55,509 nucleotides of DNA from a virus (Duplodnaviria; Caudoviricetes), in IMG/VR virus record IMGVR_UViG_3300032323_000841, positions 1 to 55,509 of that record; one strand, 5' to 3'. The notes under the pieces are model-generated. The model was not told the origin of the DNA and searched no databases. It was given only the letters and a program-made list of their open reading frames with translations. The position numbers and the translations under genes are program-made. Below, in pieces: positions 42,086 to 51,963 of the stretch (positions are counted from its first letter, which is position 1; the number at the start of each line of letters is the position of its first letter).

Positions 42086-44572
42086 ATGATCGACAAGTCC
42101 CTGTATCAAGCCCCCGTCGGTGTCGCACAAGATGCACAGCCGGATATCGAGATTGAGATTGAAAACCCGGATTCTGTGTCTATCGACATGGACGGCATCG
42201 AGATTGATCTAGCCCCGGCACCCAAAACCGCAGAGGACTTTGATGCCAACCTCGCGGAGTTCATGGACGACTCCGAGCTTGCATCCCTGTCATCTCTTCT
42301 TGTCTCGGACTTTGACAAAGACACACGAGACCGCAAGGAATGGGTTCAAACTTATGTTGACGGTTTAAAGCTCCTAGGCCTGAAGTACGAAGACCGCACC
42401 GAGCCTTGGGATGGGGCCTGCGGTGTGTTCCACCCCATGCTCACCGAGTCTGTGGTCCGCTTCCAAGCTGAAGGGATCATGGAGACCTTCCCCGCCATGG
42501 GGCCGGTCAAGACGCAGATCATCGGTAAAGAGACGATAGACAAGAAAGATGCCGCTTTGCGTGTGCAAAACGACATGAACTACCAGCTTACCGACCGGAT
42601 GACGGAGTACCGCCCGGAGCACGAGAAGCTCCTGTGGTCCCTGCCTATCACCGGCTCTGCTTTTAAAAAGGTCTACTACGACCCCTCGATTGGCCGTCAG
42701 GTGGCTATGTTCATCTCGGCAGAAGACATCGTGGTGCCCTACGGCGCTCCCGATCTGGAACGCGCCGAGCGTGTGACCCATGTCATGCGCAAGACCCCCA
42801 ACGAAGTAACCCGCCTGCAAGAAGCTGGCTTTTACTGCGACGTGGATCTGGGCGAGCCGACCGGCGAACTCGATGACATCGAGAAGCAAAAGGCCGAAGA
42901 GCAGGGCATGTCTGCCATTCAGGATGACCGCTATCGCATCCTAGAGATGCATGTGGACATGGACCTGCCCGGCTACGAGCACACCAACAAATACGGTGAG
43001 CAGACCGGCATCGCCCTGCCGTATGTCATCACCATTGAAAAGGGCACCGGAACAATCCTCGCCATCCGCAGGAACTGGTATGAAGGCGACAAGCTCCACC
43101 TCAAGCGACAACACTTCGTACATTACCAGTACATTCCCGGGTTTGGCTTCTATGGCTATGGCCTCATCCACCTCATCGGGGGTTATGCCAAGAGCGCGAC
43201 GATGCTTATCCGGCAGCTTGTTGACGCTGGCACTTTGTCTAACCTCCCCGGCGGTCTCAAGTCCCGTGGCCTGCGAATTAAGGGAGACGACACTCCGATT
43301 GCTCCGGGAGAGTTCCGAGACGTAGATGTCCCCGGCGGCTCCATCCGCGACAACATTCTTCCCCTGCCCTACAAGGAACCAAGCCAAGTTCTGTACAGCC
43401 TCTTCCAGAACATCGTTCAAGAAGGCCGTGCATTCGCTTCGTCTGGTGATTTAAACGTCAGCGACATGTCTGCCAACGCCCCTGTTGGTACGACGTTGGC
43501 TCTGCTGGAGCGCACCCTGAAGGTCATGGGCGCAGTGCAGTCGCGTATGCACTACTCGATGAAGCAGGAATTTAAACTGCTCAAGAGCATCATCGCTGAC
43601 TACACCCCGGAAGAGTACGCCTACGAGCCGGAAGAGGGCAGCCGCTTCGCCAAGAAGTCGGACTACGACCAAGTTGACGTGATCCCCGTGAGCGACCCCA
43701 ACGCAGCCACCATGGCTCAGAAGGTCGTCCAGTACCAAGCAGTCATCCAGTTGGCCCAGCAAGCCCCGCAGCTCTATAACCTGCCTTTGCTGCACCGCCA
43801 GATGATTGATGTTCTGGGAGTCAAGAACGCCCAGAAGCTGGTGCCGATTGAAGAAGACGCGGTCCCGACCGACCCGATTCAAGAAAACATGAATGCCATC
43901 AACGGCAAGCCTATCAAGGCGTTCATGGAGCAGAACCATCAGGCCCACATTCAGGTCCACATGATGGCTATGCAAGACCCGAAGATCGCCCAGATCATCG
44001 GCCAGAACCCTCAAGCGCAGGCTATTCAAGCAGCAATGATGGCTCACATCAACGAGCACATTGCCTTTGAATACCGCCGGGAGATGGAGCAGCGCATGGG
44101 CATCATCCTGCCCAACGAAGAGCAGACCAAGTCTCTTGAGCCTCAAATGGCCGATCAGATCGCCCAGATGGCTGCCGGCGCCGCTCAAGAGCTATTTAAA
44201 CAGAACAGCCAAGAGGTCCAGCAGCAGCAGTTCCAGCAGCAGATGCAGGACCCGGTGGTCCAGATGCAGATGCAAGAGCTGAAGATCAAAGAGGCTGAAG
44301 TCCAGCTCAAGGCGCAGAAACAACAGATCGAAGCCGCTGCCAAGGCGGACCAAATCAGGATTGAAGAATCCCGTATCGCGGCTCAGAAAGAGATCGCTGC
44401 AATGCAAGTCGCGGCTAATGCCGCTGCACAAAAGGACAAGCTCACTCGTCAACAGGAGAGCGAAGGAATGAGGATCGGCGCTGACATTGCTAAACACCGT
44501 GCTCAGATGTCTATCCAACAAGCGCAACGGGCAGCGCGTCCAAACGCCCCTAACCGAAAAGGAACTGAGTGA
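42086..44572 (+). CDS. Portal protein (P22-like, Gln-rich C-terminal helix)
   Basis: 828 aa directly after TerL; GSAFKKVYYD, GFYGYGL, long coiled-coil tail. Confidence 0.88.
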   Translation: MIDKSLYQAPVGVAQDAQPDIEIEIENPDSVSIDMDGIEIDLAPAPKTAEDFDANLAEFMDDSELASLSSLLVSDFDKDTRDRKEWVQTYVDGLKLLGLKYEDRTEPWDGACGVFHPMLTESVVRFQAEGIMETFPAMGPVKTQIIGKETIDKKDAALRVQNDMNYQLTDRMTEYRPEHEKLLWSLPITGSAFKKVYYDPSIGRQVAMFISAEDIVVPYGAPDLERAERVTHVMRKTPNEVTRLQEAGFYCDVDLGEPTGELDDIEKQKAEEQGMSAIQDDRYRILEMHVDMDLPGYEHTNKYGEQTGIALPYVITIEKGTGTILAIRRNWYEGDKLHLKRQHFVHYQYIPGFGFYGYGLIHLIGGYAKSATMLIRQLVDAGTLSNLPGGLKSRGLRIKGDDTPIAPGEFRDVDVPGGSIRDNILPLPYKEPSQVLYSLFQNIVQEGRAFASSGDLNVSDMSANAPVGTTLALLERTLKVMGAVQSRMHYSMKQEFKLLKSIIADYTPEEYAYEPEEGSRFAKKSDYDQVDVIPVSDPNAATMAQKVVQYQAVIQLAQQAPQLYNLPLLHRQMIDVLGVKNAQKLVPIEEDAVPTDPIQENMNAINGKPIKAFMEQNHQAHIQVHMMAMQDPKIAQIIGQNPQAQAIQAAMMAHINEHIAFEYRREMEQRMGIILPNEEQTKSLEPQMADQIAQMAAGAAQELFKQNSQEVQQQQFQQQMQDPVVQMQMQELKIKEAEVQLKAQKQQIEAAAKADQIRIEESRIAAQKEIAAMQVAANAAAQKDKLTRQQESEGMRIGADIAKHRAQMSIQQAQRAARPNAPNRKGTE

Positions 44573-44766
44573 ATGAAGTAAAGGTATTGGCGCACGTCGC
44601 CAAGCTCATCACAGAAACACGCGCAGACCAAGAGAACTTTCTCTCGACGGGACGCGCTGCTGATTACGCCGAATATCGGCATGTCTGCGGGATCATCCGA
44701 GGTCTGAACTCCGCAGAACAAATCATTAAAGACCTTGTGCAAAGACTGGAACAAAACGATGAGTGA
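44569..44766 (+). CDS. Small head-module protein
   Basis: DYAEYRHVCGIIRGL; coupled to portal. Confidence 0.7.
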   Translation: MNEVKVLAHVAKLITETRADQENFLSTGRAADYAEYRHVCGIIRGLNSAEQIIKDLVQRLEQNDE

Positions 44767-45172
44767 CTTCAATCCGGACTTGGCCGTGGATTTGTCGGGG
44801 ATTCTCGATAAGTCCGCAGAAGAAAAAGCCAAGCAGTTACCTGATCCTGCGACCTATCACATCTTGACTGTGGTCCCCGAGGCCATGGAAGAGTTTTCTG
44901 ATAGTGAAGTTGGTTTGATAAAGGATGCCAAAACCATGTACCACGAGGAGGTCCTGACCCCTGTGCTGTTCGTGGTGAAGATGGGTCCTGATTGCTACAA
45001 AGACGAGAAGCGCTTTCCCAGCGGGCCATCCTGCAAGAAAGGCGACTTTGTCGTTGTGCGCCCCAACTCTGGAACCCGCCTGAAGATTCACGGACGTGAA
45101 TTCAGGTTGATCAACGACGACTCCGTGGAAGCCGTGGTTGAAGATCCGCGTGGCATTACGCGTGCAAGCTAA
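44759..45172 (+). CDS. groES: GroES-like co-chaperonin
   Basis: VVKMGP..KKGDFVVVRPNSGTRLKIHGREFRLINDDSVEAVV. Confidence 0.78.
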   Translation: MSDFNPDLAVDLSGILDKSAEEKAKQLPDPATYHILTVVPEAMEEFSDSEVGLIKDAKTMYHEEVLTPVLFVVKMGPDCYKDEKRFPSGPSCKKGDFVVVRPNSGTRLKIHGREFRLINDDSVEAVVEDPRGITRAS

Positions 45173-45182
45173 GGAGATTTAA

Positions 45183-46166
45183 ATGGAAACCGAACACGAG
45201 GACTTTAAGTTCCCTGATGAGAAGAAAGACGATGAAAAGGTCGTCGCTCAGGAGCTAGAGATCGAGATCGAGGACGATACCCCGCCAGAGGATCGTGGCC
45301 GCAAGTCGGCTCCGCCCCCGGAAGAGCCTTCTGATGAAGAGCTATCCACCTATGACGAGAAGGTGCAGTCCCGGATCAAGAAATTTACACGCGGATATCA
45401 CGACGAACGCCGGGCAAAGGAAAGCGCCCTGCGTGAACGTGAGGCCGCAGAAAACTTTGCACGGCAGGTGTTTGAAGAAAACAAACGCCTGAAGCTGCAA
45501 ATCGAATCCGGCAGCAAGGTAATCATTGAGCAGACCAAGAACTCCGCCGCCACGGATCTTGAAAGCGCCAAGAAAAGGCTCAAGGAAGCCTTTGAAGCTG
45601 GCGATTCTGATGCCTTGGTTGAGGCTCAAGAGGCCATCTCTAAGGCCACCTTGAAGCTAGATAAGGCCGCAAATATGCAGCCTATCGTGGCCCCGGAAGA
45701 GGAATTCAAGAACGCAGAGCCTGAACCTACAACTAAAGCGCTACCCCCCAAGACCAAGAAGTGGGTGGATAGCAATAAGGAGTGGTTTGGCGTAGACGAA
45801 GAAATGACCATGGCTGCCATGGGCATTGACAAAAAGTTGCAGCGTCAGTATGGTTCTGACTACGTCGGTACTGATGAGTACTTCAAAGAAGTTGATCAGA
45901 CCATGCGCAAAAGATTTCCTGAGTACTTTGAGACTCAGAGCTATGAGGATGATGATACGCCTCCAAAGAAAGTATCAGAACCGGCAGAAGAGGATGAGCC
46001 TCCACGCCGTGCCTCAAAATCAGCTACGGTTGTGGCTCCGGCCTCTCGTAGCACTCCGCCTACTCGCGTCAAACTGAAGACATCCGAAGCGAACTTAGCC
46101 CGTCGTCTTGGGGTGCCTTTGGAGGTATACGCTAAAGAGGTTGCAAAACTTGGAAGGAATCAATAA
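45183..46166 (+). CDS. Capsid scaffolding protein
   Basis: Acidic N-terminus, coiled coil, C-terminal ARRLGVPLEVYAK; between portal and capsid genes. Confidence 0.72.
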   Translation: METEHEDFKFPDEKKDDEKVVAQELEIEIEDDTPPEDRGRKSAPPPEEPSDEELSTYDEKVQSRIKKFTRGYHDERRAKESALREREAAENFARQVFEENKRLKLQIESGSKVIIEQTKNSAATDLESAKKRLKEAFEAGDSDALVEAQEAISKATLKLDKAANMQPIVAPEEEFKNAEPEPTTKALPPKTKKWVDSNKEWFGVDEEMTMAAMGIDKKLQRQYGSDYVGTDEYFKEVDQTMRKRFPEYFETQSYEDDDTPPKKVSEPAEEDEPPRRASKSATVVAPASRSTPPTRVKLKTSEANLARRLGVPLEVYAKEVAKLGRNQ

Positions 46167-46627
46167 TGGAACAGGTTCAACAAAATCGTCGTAGCCGCGA
46201 GGCTGATGTCCGTGAAGTAGCATTTAAACGTGCTGAAGCATGGCGTCCGCCGGAACTGCTTCCCAGCCCTGACCGCCGTGATGGCTGGTCTCATCGTTGG
46301 GTTCGCATCGCGTCTATGGGAGCACAGGACCCGACCAATATCTCCTCTAAGTTGCGTGAGGGATATGAACCCTGCAAAGCAGAGGACTATCCTGAACTCA
46401 TGATGCACGCTTCCACCGAAGGTCGCTTTAAAGGCAACATTGAGGTGGGTGGACTGTTGCTTTGCCGCATCCCGGAAGAGTTTATGGTTCAACGCTCGCA
46501 ACACTATGCGAGCCAGAACAAGGCTCAGATGGAATCGGTAGACAACAATTTCCTTCGTGAAAATGATCCTCGTATGCCTCTTTTCTCTGAGAAGAAGACG
46601 AAGGTCAGTTTCGGTTCTGGTTCTTAA
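46166..46627 (+). CDS. Head-module protein
   Basis: HRWVR..REGYEP..VGGLLLCRIP. Confidence 0.7.
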   Translation: MEQVQQNRRSREADVREVAFKRAEAWRPPELLPSPDRRDGWSHRWVRIASMGAQDPTNISSKLREGYEPCKAEDYPELMMHASTEGRFKGNIEVGGLLLCRIPEEFMVQRSQHYASQNKAQMESVDNNFLRENDPRMPLFSEKKTKVSFGSGS

Positions 46628-46642
46628 ATTTGGAGTTTTTAA

Positions 46643-47245
46643 ATGGCATCTTCTAATGCTCCGTACGGCCTACGTGCCGTCAACCGTAACGACGGCATGC
46701 CCTATGCCGGCGCTACGAGTCAGTTCCTGATCAACCCCGCAGGTACTAACACCAACATCTTCAATGGCCAAGTCGTTCTTATTAACGCCGACGGCTACAT
46801 CGCTTTGGCGACCGCTACTGGTGCGGACCTGACGACCAACAACCTCGGCGGCAATACTCTTGGCGCTTGGGGCGTGTTCGTTGGCTGTTCCTACATCAAC
46901 GCGCAAGGTCAGCAGATCTATGCTCAGTACTACCCCTCCGGTACCACCGGCGTGGTGACTGCGTATGTGATCACCGACCCGCAAGTGACGTTCCAAGCTC
47001 AGTTGGATGGCCAAGTCACCCAAGCTGCTCTTGGCGCTAACACCTTCTTTGCCGCCGCTCAGAGCACCAGCACGGGTTCGACCGCCACTGGTAACTCGAC
47101 CAGCGCTCTGGAGTCGACCGTCGTGACCACCGCCGCCGCGTTCAAGATTATTGGTTTCGCCTCGCCGCTGACCGATAGCTTCACGGAAGTGTTGGTGAAG
47201 TTCAACCCGGGCGCTCACGCCTACACCAATGCCGCTGGCATCTAA
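46643..47245 (+). CDS. Head decoration / minor capsid protein
   Basis: 200 aa, beta-rich, directly upstream of the capsid gene. Confidence 0.65.
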   Translation: MASSNAPYGLRAVNRNDGMPYAGATSQFLINPAGTNTNIFNGQVVLINADGYIALATATGADLTTNNLGGNTLGAWGVFVGCSYINAQGQQIYAQYYPSGTTGVVTAYVITDPQVTFQAQLDGQVTQAALGANTFFAAAQSTSTGSTATGNSTSALESTVVTTAAAFKIIGFASPLTDSFTEVLVKFNPGAHAYTNAAGI

Positions 47246-47258
47246 GGAGTAATTAAAA

Positions 47259-48188
47259 ATGGCTATCTCTCGTGCACAGCTACTTAAAGAACTCCTGCCC
47301 GGTTTGAACGCCCTGTTCGGCATGGAATATGCCCGCTACGGCGAAGAGCACAAGGAAATCTACGAAACCGAGACCTCTGAGCGTTCCTTCGAAGAAGAGA
47401 CCAAGCTCGCTGGCTTCGGTGCTGCACCTGTCAAGAACGAAGGCTCTGCCATCGCTTACGACAACGCGCAGGAAGCTTTCACTGCTCGCTACACCCACGA
47501 AACCATCGCTCTGGGCTTCTCCATCACGGAAGAAGCTGTGGAAGACAACCTGTATGACAGCCTGTCTGCCCGCTATACCAAAGCTCTGGCTCGTGCTATG
47601 GCCTTCACCAAGCAGGTCAAAGCTGCTTCTATCCTGAACAACGGCTTTAACGGCTCCTTCCCGGGCGGTGACGGCGTTTCGTTGTTCGGTGTGAACTCCA
47701 GCTCTGTCCGCGTGGGTCACCCCACCGTTGGTGGCACCGTGAACTTCAACAGCCCGCCTGTTGGTGTCGATCTGAACGAAACCTCGTTGGAAAACGCCAC
47801 GATTCAAATCGCTGCGTGGACCGACGAACGTGGTCTGCTGATCGCTGCCAAGCCGGTTAAGCTGGTTGTTCCCCCGGCACTGATGTTCACCGCCAAGCGT
47901 CTGCTTGACACCGAACTGCGTGTTGCTTCTGCTGATAACGACATCAACGCGATCAAGCAGATGGGCACCATTTCCGGTGGCTACACTGTGAACCACTTCT
48001 TGACCGATCCGAATGGGTGGTTCCTGACCACCGACGTTCCGAACGGCATGAAGCATTTCGTTCGCACCCCGCTGCAAAACAGCATGGACGGCGACTTCGA
48101 TACCGGCAACGTCCGTTACAAGTCCCGCGAGCGTTATTCGTTCGGCTGGTCTGATCCCCTCGGCATGTGGGGTTCGTCCGGTTCGTGA
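47259..48188 (+). CDS. Major capsid protein
   Basis: TAAGGAG RBS; MAISRAQLLKELLPGL, ALGFSITEEAVED, RERYSFGWSD; followed by terminator. Confidence 0.9.
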   Translation: MAISRAQLLKELLPGLNALFGMEYARYGEEHKEIYETETSERSFEEETKLAGFGAAPVKNEGSAIAYDNAQEAFTARYTHETIALGFSITEEAVEDNLYDSLSARYTKALARAMAFTKQVKAASILNNGFNGSFPGGDGVSLFGVNSSSVRVGHPTVGGTVNFNSPPVGVDLNETSLENATIQIAAWTDERGLLIAAKPVKLVVPPALMFTAKRLLDTELRVASADNDINAIKQMGTISGGYTVNHFLTDPNGWFLTTDVPNGMKHFVRTPLQNSMDGDFDTGNVRYKSRERYSFGWSDPLGMWGSSGS

Positions 48189-48201
48189 TACCTCGGTATC
48201 T

Positions 48202-48230
48202 AAAAAAAGGGGGCTTCGGCCCCCTTTTTT
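48202..48230 (+). terminator. Intrinsic terminator (potentially bidirectional)
   Basis: A7-GGGGGC-TTCG-GCCCCC-T6. Confidence 0.9.
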
Positions 48231-48231
48231 A

Positions 48232-48260
48232 TTGACGACATTTAAACTACGTGATACAAA
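48232..48260 (+). promoter_or_regulatory. Sigma70-like promoter
   Basis: TTGACG-N17-TACAAA with extended TG. Confidence 0.5.
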
Positions 48261-48354
48261 TAGGGCACTCCGGGGTCCCCGGCGTATCTGACAGTCCCGG
48301 CTGACGACATGCAGACAGAGCGCCCAAACGAATACTCGCATGTGAGGAATCATC

Positions 48355-48885
48355 ATGGCTAATACCAGCTTCAACGGACCAGTTCGGTCGCAGAACGGCT
48401 TCCAAACCATCTCTATCAACGCAACCACTGGCGTTGTTACCACCGCGCCTGTTTCTCTGGGCGCTTCCGGTATTGTTGCTACTCCTGTTGCGTTGGCTGA
48501 CGGCAACGCAACTTTGACCGCCGCAGCCAACGCTGGTGGCATGGTCAACATCGTTCCTAACGGCACGCAGGACAACACCTACACGCTGCCCGCACCTGTT
48601 GCTGGCACTTCGTTTGTGTTTGTGTATGGCGGCGGCGCAGCAGACGCTACCGACTTCATCATCAATACTGGTTCAAACACCAACTTCTTTATTGGTGGTG
48701 TGGCGTTCCATGACACCGATGATGGCGCAGCTTCTGTTGTGTTCTCTGACGGCAACTCCAATTCCAAGCTGCAAGTGAATGTACCTGCCGCTGCTCAAAT
48801 CACCGTGATTGCACGGGACGCCACGAACTGGCAAGTGTTTGGCACGGTGGTTGGCGCAACCGCCCCTACGTTTGCTGACCAGTAA
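48355..48885 (+). CDS. Virion structural protein
   Basis: TSFNGPVRSQNGF start; YTLPAP; beta-rich. Confidence 0.7.
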   Translation: MANTSFNGPVRSQNGFQTISINATTGVVTTAPVSLGASGIVATPVALADGNATLTAAANAGGMVNIVPNGTQDNTYTLPAPVAGTSFVFVYGGGAADATDFIINTGSNTNFFIGGVAFHDTDDGAASVVFSDGNSNSKLQVNVPAAAQITVIARDATNWQVFGTVVGATAPTFADQ

Positions 48886-48897
48886 TAGGAGCGCATC

Positions 48898-49398
48898 ATG
48901 GCGATGCAATACGACGTAAAGTCGAAACACATGACCTCTTCGGGTGTGGCGGTTAACTACCGTACCCGCATCAAAGGGGCTATTGTGTCCGCGAACGCCG
49001 CTGCGGCGGTGCGGCACACTGTGTTTGCAAACAATGTGATGCAAACGGGTACTTACGGGCGGTCTACGAATACTGTGACGGTGACAATCACCAATCACGG
49101 CCTCACTTCTGGGGACCGCGTTTGGTTGGATTTCTCTGCTGGCACAGGCGGCACTGCGACAGACAACGTCTATGCGGTCACGGTTTCGGACGCCAACACA
49201 TTCACGGTAACGGACTCTGCCAGTGGCACCATCACGGGTTCTCCTGCGGTATCTATGTACGCCGACATCCTTTTGGAAGCTGACTCTTACAACTCGACCG
49301 CGTTCACTGTGGTGATCCCGGGCGAAGGAATTTTGGCCAAAGATGGCATTTTTGTTGGTTTGGTCGCAAACGTAACAACTACTTTGTTCTATGGCTAA
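48898..49398 (+). CDS. Virion structural protein
   Basis: MQYDVKS..IPGEGIL..TLFYG with VTITNHGL beta insert. Confidence 0.7.
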   Translation: MAMQYDVKSKHMTSSGVAVNYRTRIKGAIVSANAAAAVRHTVFANNVMQTGTYGRSTNTVTVTITNHGLTSGDRVWLDFSAGTGGTATDNVYAVTVSDANTFTVTDSASGTITGSPAVSMYADILLEADSYNSTAFTVVIPGEGILAKDGIFVGLVANVTTTLFYG

Positions 49399-49645
49399 GA
49401 CCGCAGCATGGCAACGCAAGGAAGGCAAGTCGGAGAAGGGCGGCCTCAACGCGAAGGGCCGTGCGTCTTACAACAAAGCCAACCCCGGGAAACCCGGGTT
49501 GAAACCGCCACAACCAGAGGGCGGGTCAAGGCGCGACTCCTTTTGCGCAAGGATGAGTGGCATGAAGAAGAAGCTCACCTCGGAGAAGACCGCGAAAGAC
49601 CCAAACTCCCGGATTAACAAATCTCTGCGTGCATGGAACTGTTAA
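49391..49645 (+). CDS. Small basic protein
   Basis: AWQRKEGK..GGLNAKGR..SFCARM..SLRAWNC. Confidence 0.75.
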   Translation: MAKTAAWQRKEGKSEKGGLNAKGRASYNKANPGKPGLKPPQPEGGSRRDSFCARMSGMKKKLTSEKTAKDPNSRINKSLRAWNC

Positions 49646-49648
49646 ATC

Positions 49649-49897
49649 ATGGAAGTGCCAATCTGGAATACTGTGCTTTCGTTCGCCTCGGCGTTGCTGC
49701 TGTTTTGGGTGAAGATATCGCACGACGAAGTCAAACGTCTATCTATTCTTCTTAGCAAGACCCGCGAAGAGAATGCAGAGAAGTTTGTTTCCAAGATGGA
49801 TATGCACAACGACATGAACCGGGTGATTCAACGCCTTGATCGCTTTGATGCCAAGCTTGACGAGTTCATGAAGGAGCAGCGAAGTGCCCTCAGTTAG
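49649..49897 (+). CDS. Small TM plus coiled-coil protein
   Basis: N-terminal hydrophobic helix; C-terminal IQRLDRFDAKLD. Confidence 0.7.
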   Translation: MEVPIWNTVLSFASALLLFWVKISHDEVKRLSILLSKTREENAEKFVSKMDMHNDMNRVIQRLDRFDAKLDEFMKEQRSALS

Positions 49898-50441
49898 CGG
49901 GAAACAGCACAATTTAATGGCGATGGTCGCCAATGATCCTGCCGCCGCCAAGCGGGTAGGTATCCCTCAGTCTGTCGGCAAGGAATTCTTGAAGGCAGAC
50001 AAAGGGAGGAGCTTTGGCACCAAGACGCGAGCCGACTCGCAACGTATCAACAAGCCTAAGACCGAACACGGCTCGCAGGCTCTTTTTTCTAAAGGTGGCG
50101 ACATGAAAGAATCCAAGGCAATGGTCAAGAAAGAAATCGGCTTCATGAAGAAGGCCGGTGCCCCCAAGTCCATGATCAAGCATGAGATGGGCGAGGCTGG
50201 CATGAAGAAGATGGCTTCTGGCGGCATGCCCATGGTTATGAAAGACGGAAAAAAAGTCCCCGCTTTTGCCGCAGACGGCGAAGGCAAGATGAAAAAGGGC
50301 GGCTACGCCAAGATGGCAAATGGTGGCATGACCAAGATGGGCGCAGTCAAGACCGCAGCTCCCAGCCGTGATGGTGTTGCCGCCAAAGGCAAGACCCAAG
50401 GCAAGATGGTCAAGATGAAATACGGCGGCAAGGCCTGCTAA
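49884..50441 (+). CDS. Lys/Met-rich protein with MxxGG repeats and tag-like motif
   Basis: MASGG, MKKGG, MANGG, MKYGG; RDGVAAKGKTQGK. Confidence 0.75.
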   Translation: MPSVSGKQHNLMAMVANDPAAAKRVGIPQSVGKEFLKADKGRSFGTKTRADSQRINKPKTEHGSQALFSKGGDMKESKAMVKKEIGFMKKAGAPKSMIKHEMGEAGMKKMASGGMPMVMKDGKKVPAFAADGEGKMKKGGYAKMANGGMTKMGAVKTAAPSRDGVAAKGKTQGKMVKMKYGGKAC

Positions 50442-50451
50442 GGAGTCCGCT

Positions 50452-50811
50452 ATGGACATGCTGGAAAAGAAGCCGCAACCCCCAGTCAAGCACGGCGTGT
50501 ATAACCCGGACTCTGGGGCGCCCCCTCCGCAAGACATCGACGGCGGTTCGGTCAAGACTGCCCCCAAGGCATCTAAACCCAAGAAGATGGCTAAGGGCGG
50601 CATTACTGTGACGGCCTTCAAGGGGGGGCTGATTGGTAAGCTGCTTGGATTGTCTGGTGGCTCGAACTCAGGTGCCGACTATAAGTACGACTACGACCCC
50701 AGCACCCAAAGCTACACACAGACAGCCGGGATGAAAAATGGCGGCATGACCGCTTCCAAACGTGCTGACGGTTGCGCCCAACGCGGCAAGACTCGCGGCA
50801 GAATAATCTAG
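50452..50811 (+). CDS. Small protein with shared C-terminal tag
   Basis: TAAGGAG RBS; ends MKNGG..RADGCAQRGKTRGRII. Confidence 0.75.
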   Translation: MDMLEKKPQPPVKHGVYNPDSGAPPPQDIDGGSVKTAPKASKPKKMAKGGITVTAFKGGLIGKLLGLSGGSNSGADYKYDYDPSTQSYTQTAGMKNGGMTASKRADGCAQRGKTRGRII

Positions 50812-50820
50812 GAGATTGTT

Positions 50821-51099
50821 ATGGGTCTGAAATTTCATGATTTTTCTCCGCTGGCGGCGATGGTCACCGGCAAAGGAAGCTTGGGCAAAGCAATTTCTGA
50901 AGGCTTGGGGGGCGTGATTCCATCCATGATTGCACGGAATGCACGGCAGCAAGATGAGGAAGAAGCGGCGCTGGCACAAAAAGCTTTATCTACGGTGGGC
51001 AACGTTGGTACAGTCACCAGAATGAAAAATGGTGGCTCTGCATCCGCTCGCGCAGATGGTATTGCACAGCGAGGCAAGACTCGCGGCAAGATTTGTTAA
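50821..51099 (+). CDS. Small protein with shared C-terminal tag
   Basis: AGGAG RBS; ends MKNGG..RADGIAQRGKTRGKIC. Confidence 0.75.
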   Translation: MGLKFHDFSPLAAMVTGKGSLGKAISEGLGGVIPSMIARNARQQDEEEAALAQKALSTVGNVGTVTRMKNGGSASARADGIAQRGKTRGKIC

Positions 51100-51108
51100 G
51101 GAATCATC

Positions 51109-51960
51109 ATGTCTAGAAACCGCAACCTAGCCGGTCTGGCTGCTCTTGGTGCCTTGGGCTACATGATGGCCCGTGGCGGTAAAAAAACCCCCGCAGAGGC
51201 AGCAGCTACGCCTGTAGAAGATCGTGGTTCTATGGCAAGAGCGCTTATTGAAGATGACCGGGAAAGTCAGCGGGGTGAATTCAATCCTGCTGGTTTAAAG
51301 CGCAACACGGAAACCGGGGAAATGTACGATCCCTCCGGAGATGTTCTTGGTCGTCCTGCAACTCGTCCTGCGAGTCCTGCTTCTGCTAGTCGCATGCCCA
51401 GTGCAGATGCGGATTTCCCGCCCGTCAAGACCCCCCGCCGTAACGTGGCTGGCGATTACACCCGCAAGATGGGCGCAACCGCAGAAGAGCTTGCCGCGTA
51501 CCGCAACCGAGAGATTACTCCTCCCCGGATGACGCCGGAGATGAGAAAGAAGGCGGAATCCCAAGCCCTTGAGCGCGTGACGCCTGAAGAAATGCTGGTT
51601 GGCGGCCCGGGCCTGAAAGCCGTGAACGCCGCAGCAAAACGACTGGCGGCTCCTCGTTTGGCCGAATACACCCAGCCGCTGCTATCTGGGCCAACGGCGC
51701 GTTTAACTGGCCCTTCTAGAGCCGAGCTGACCGCTGCCGAACGCGCTGCACGGGATGCTGCTCGTCGCGCAGAGACGGCCCGTGAGAATGCCGCCCGTTA
51801 CAACACGGAAGGCCCGCTGGGTGGCGAAGGGTTCATCATGAGGAAGAAGGGCGGCGCAGTCAAAGCCAAGAAGATGGCTTCGGGCGGCTCTGTCAACAGC
51901 GCCTCTCGCCGTGGTGATGGCATCGCCCAGCGCGGCAAGACCAAAGGTCGGATGCGCTAA
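51109..51960 (+). CDS. Low-complexity protein with shared C-terminal tag
   Basis: TAAGGA RBS; ends MASGG..RGDGIAQRGKTKGRMR. Confidence 0.75.
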   Translation: MSRNRNLAGLAALGALGYMMARGGKKTPAEAAATPVEDRGSMARALIEDDRESQRGEFNPAGLKRNTETGEMYDPSGDVLGRPATRPASPASASRMPSADADFPPVKTPRRNVAGDYTRKMGATAEELAAYRNREITPPRMTPEMRKKAESQALERVTPEEMLVGGPGLKAVNAAAKRLAAPRLAEYTQPLLSGPTARLTGPSRAELTAAERAARDAARRAETARENAARYNTEGPLGGEGFIMRKKGGAVKAKKMASGGSVNSASRRGDGIAQRGKTKGRMR

Positions 51961-51963
51961 GGA

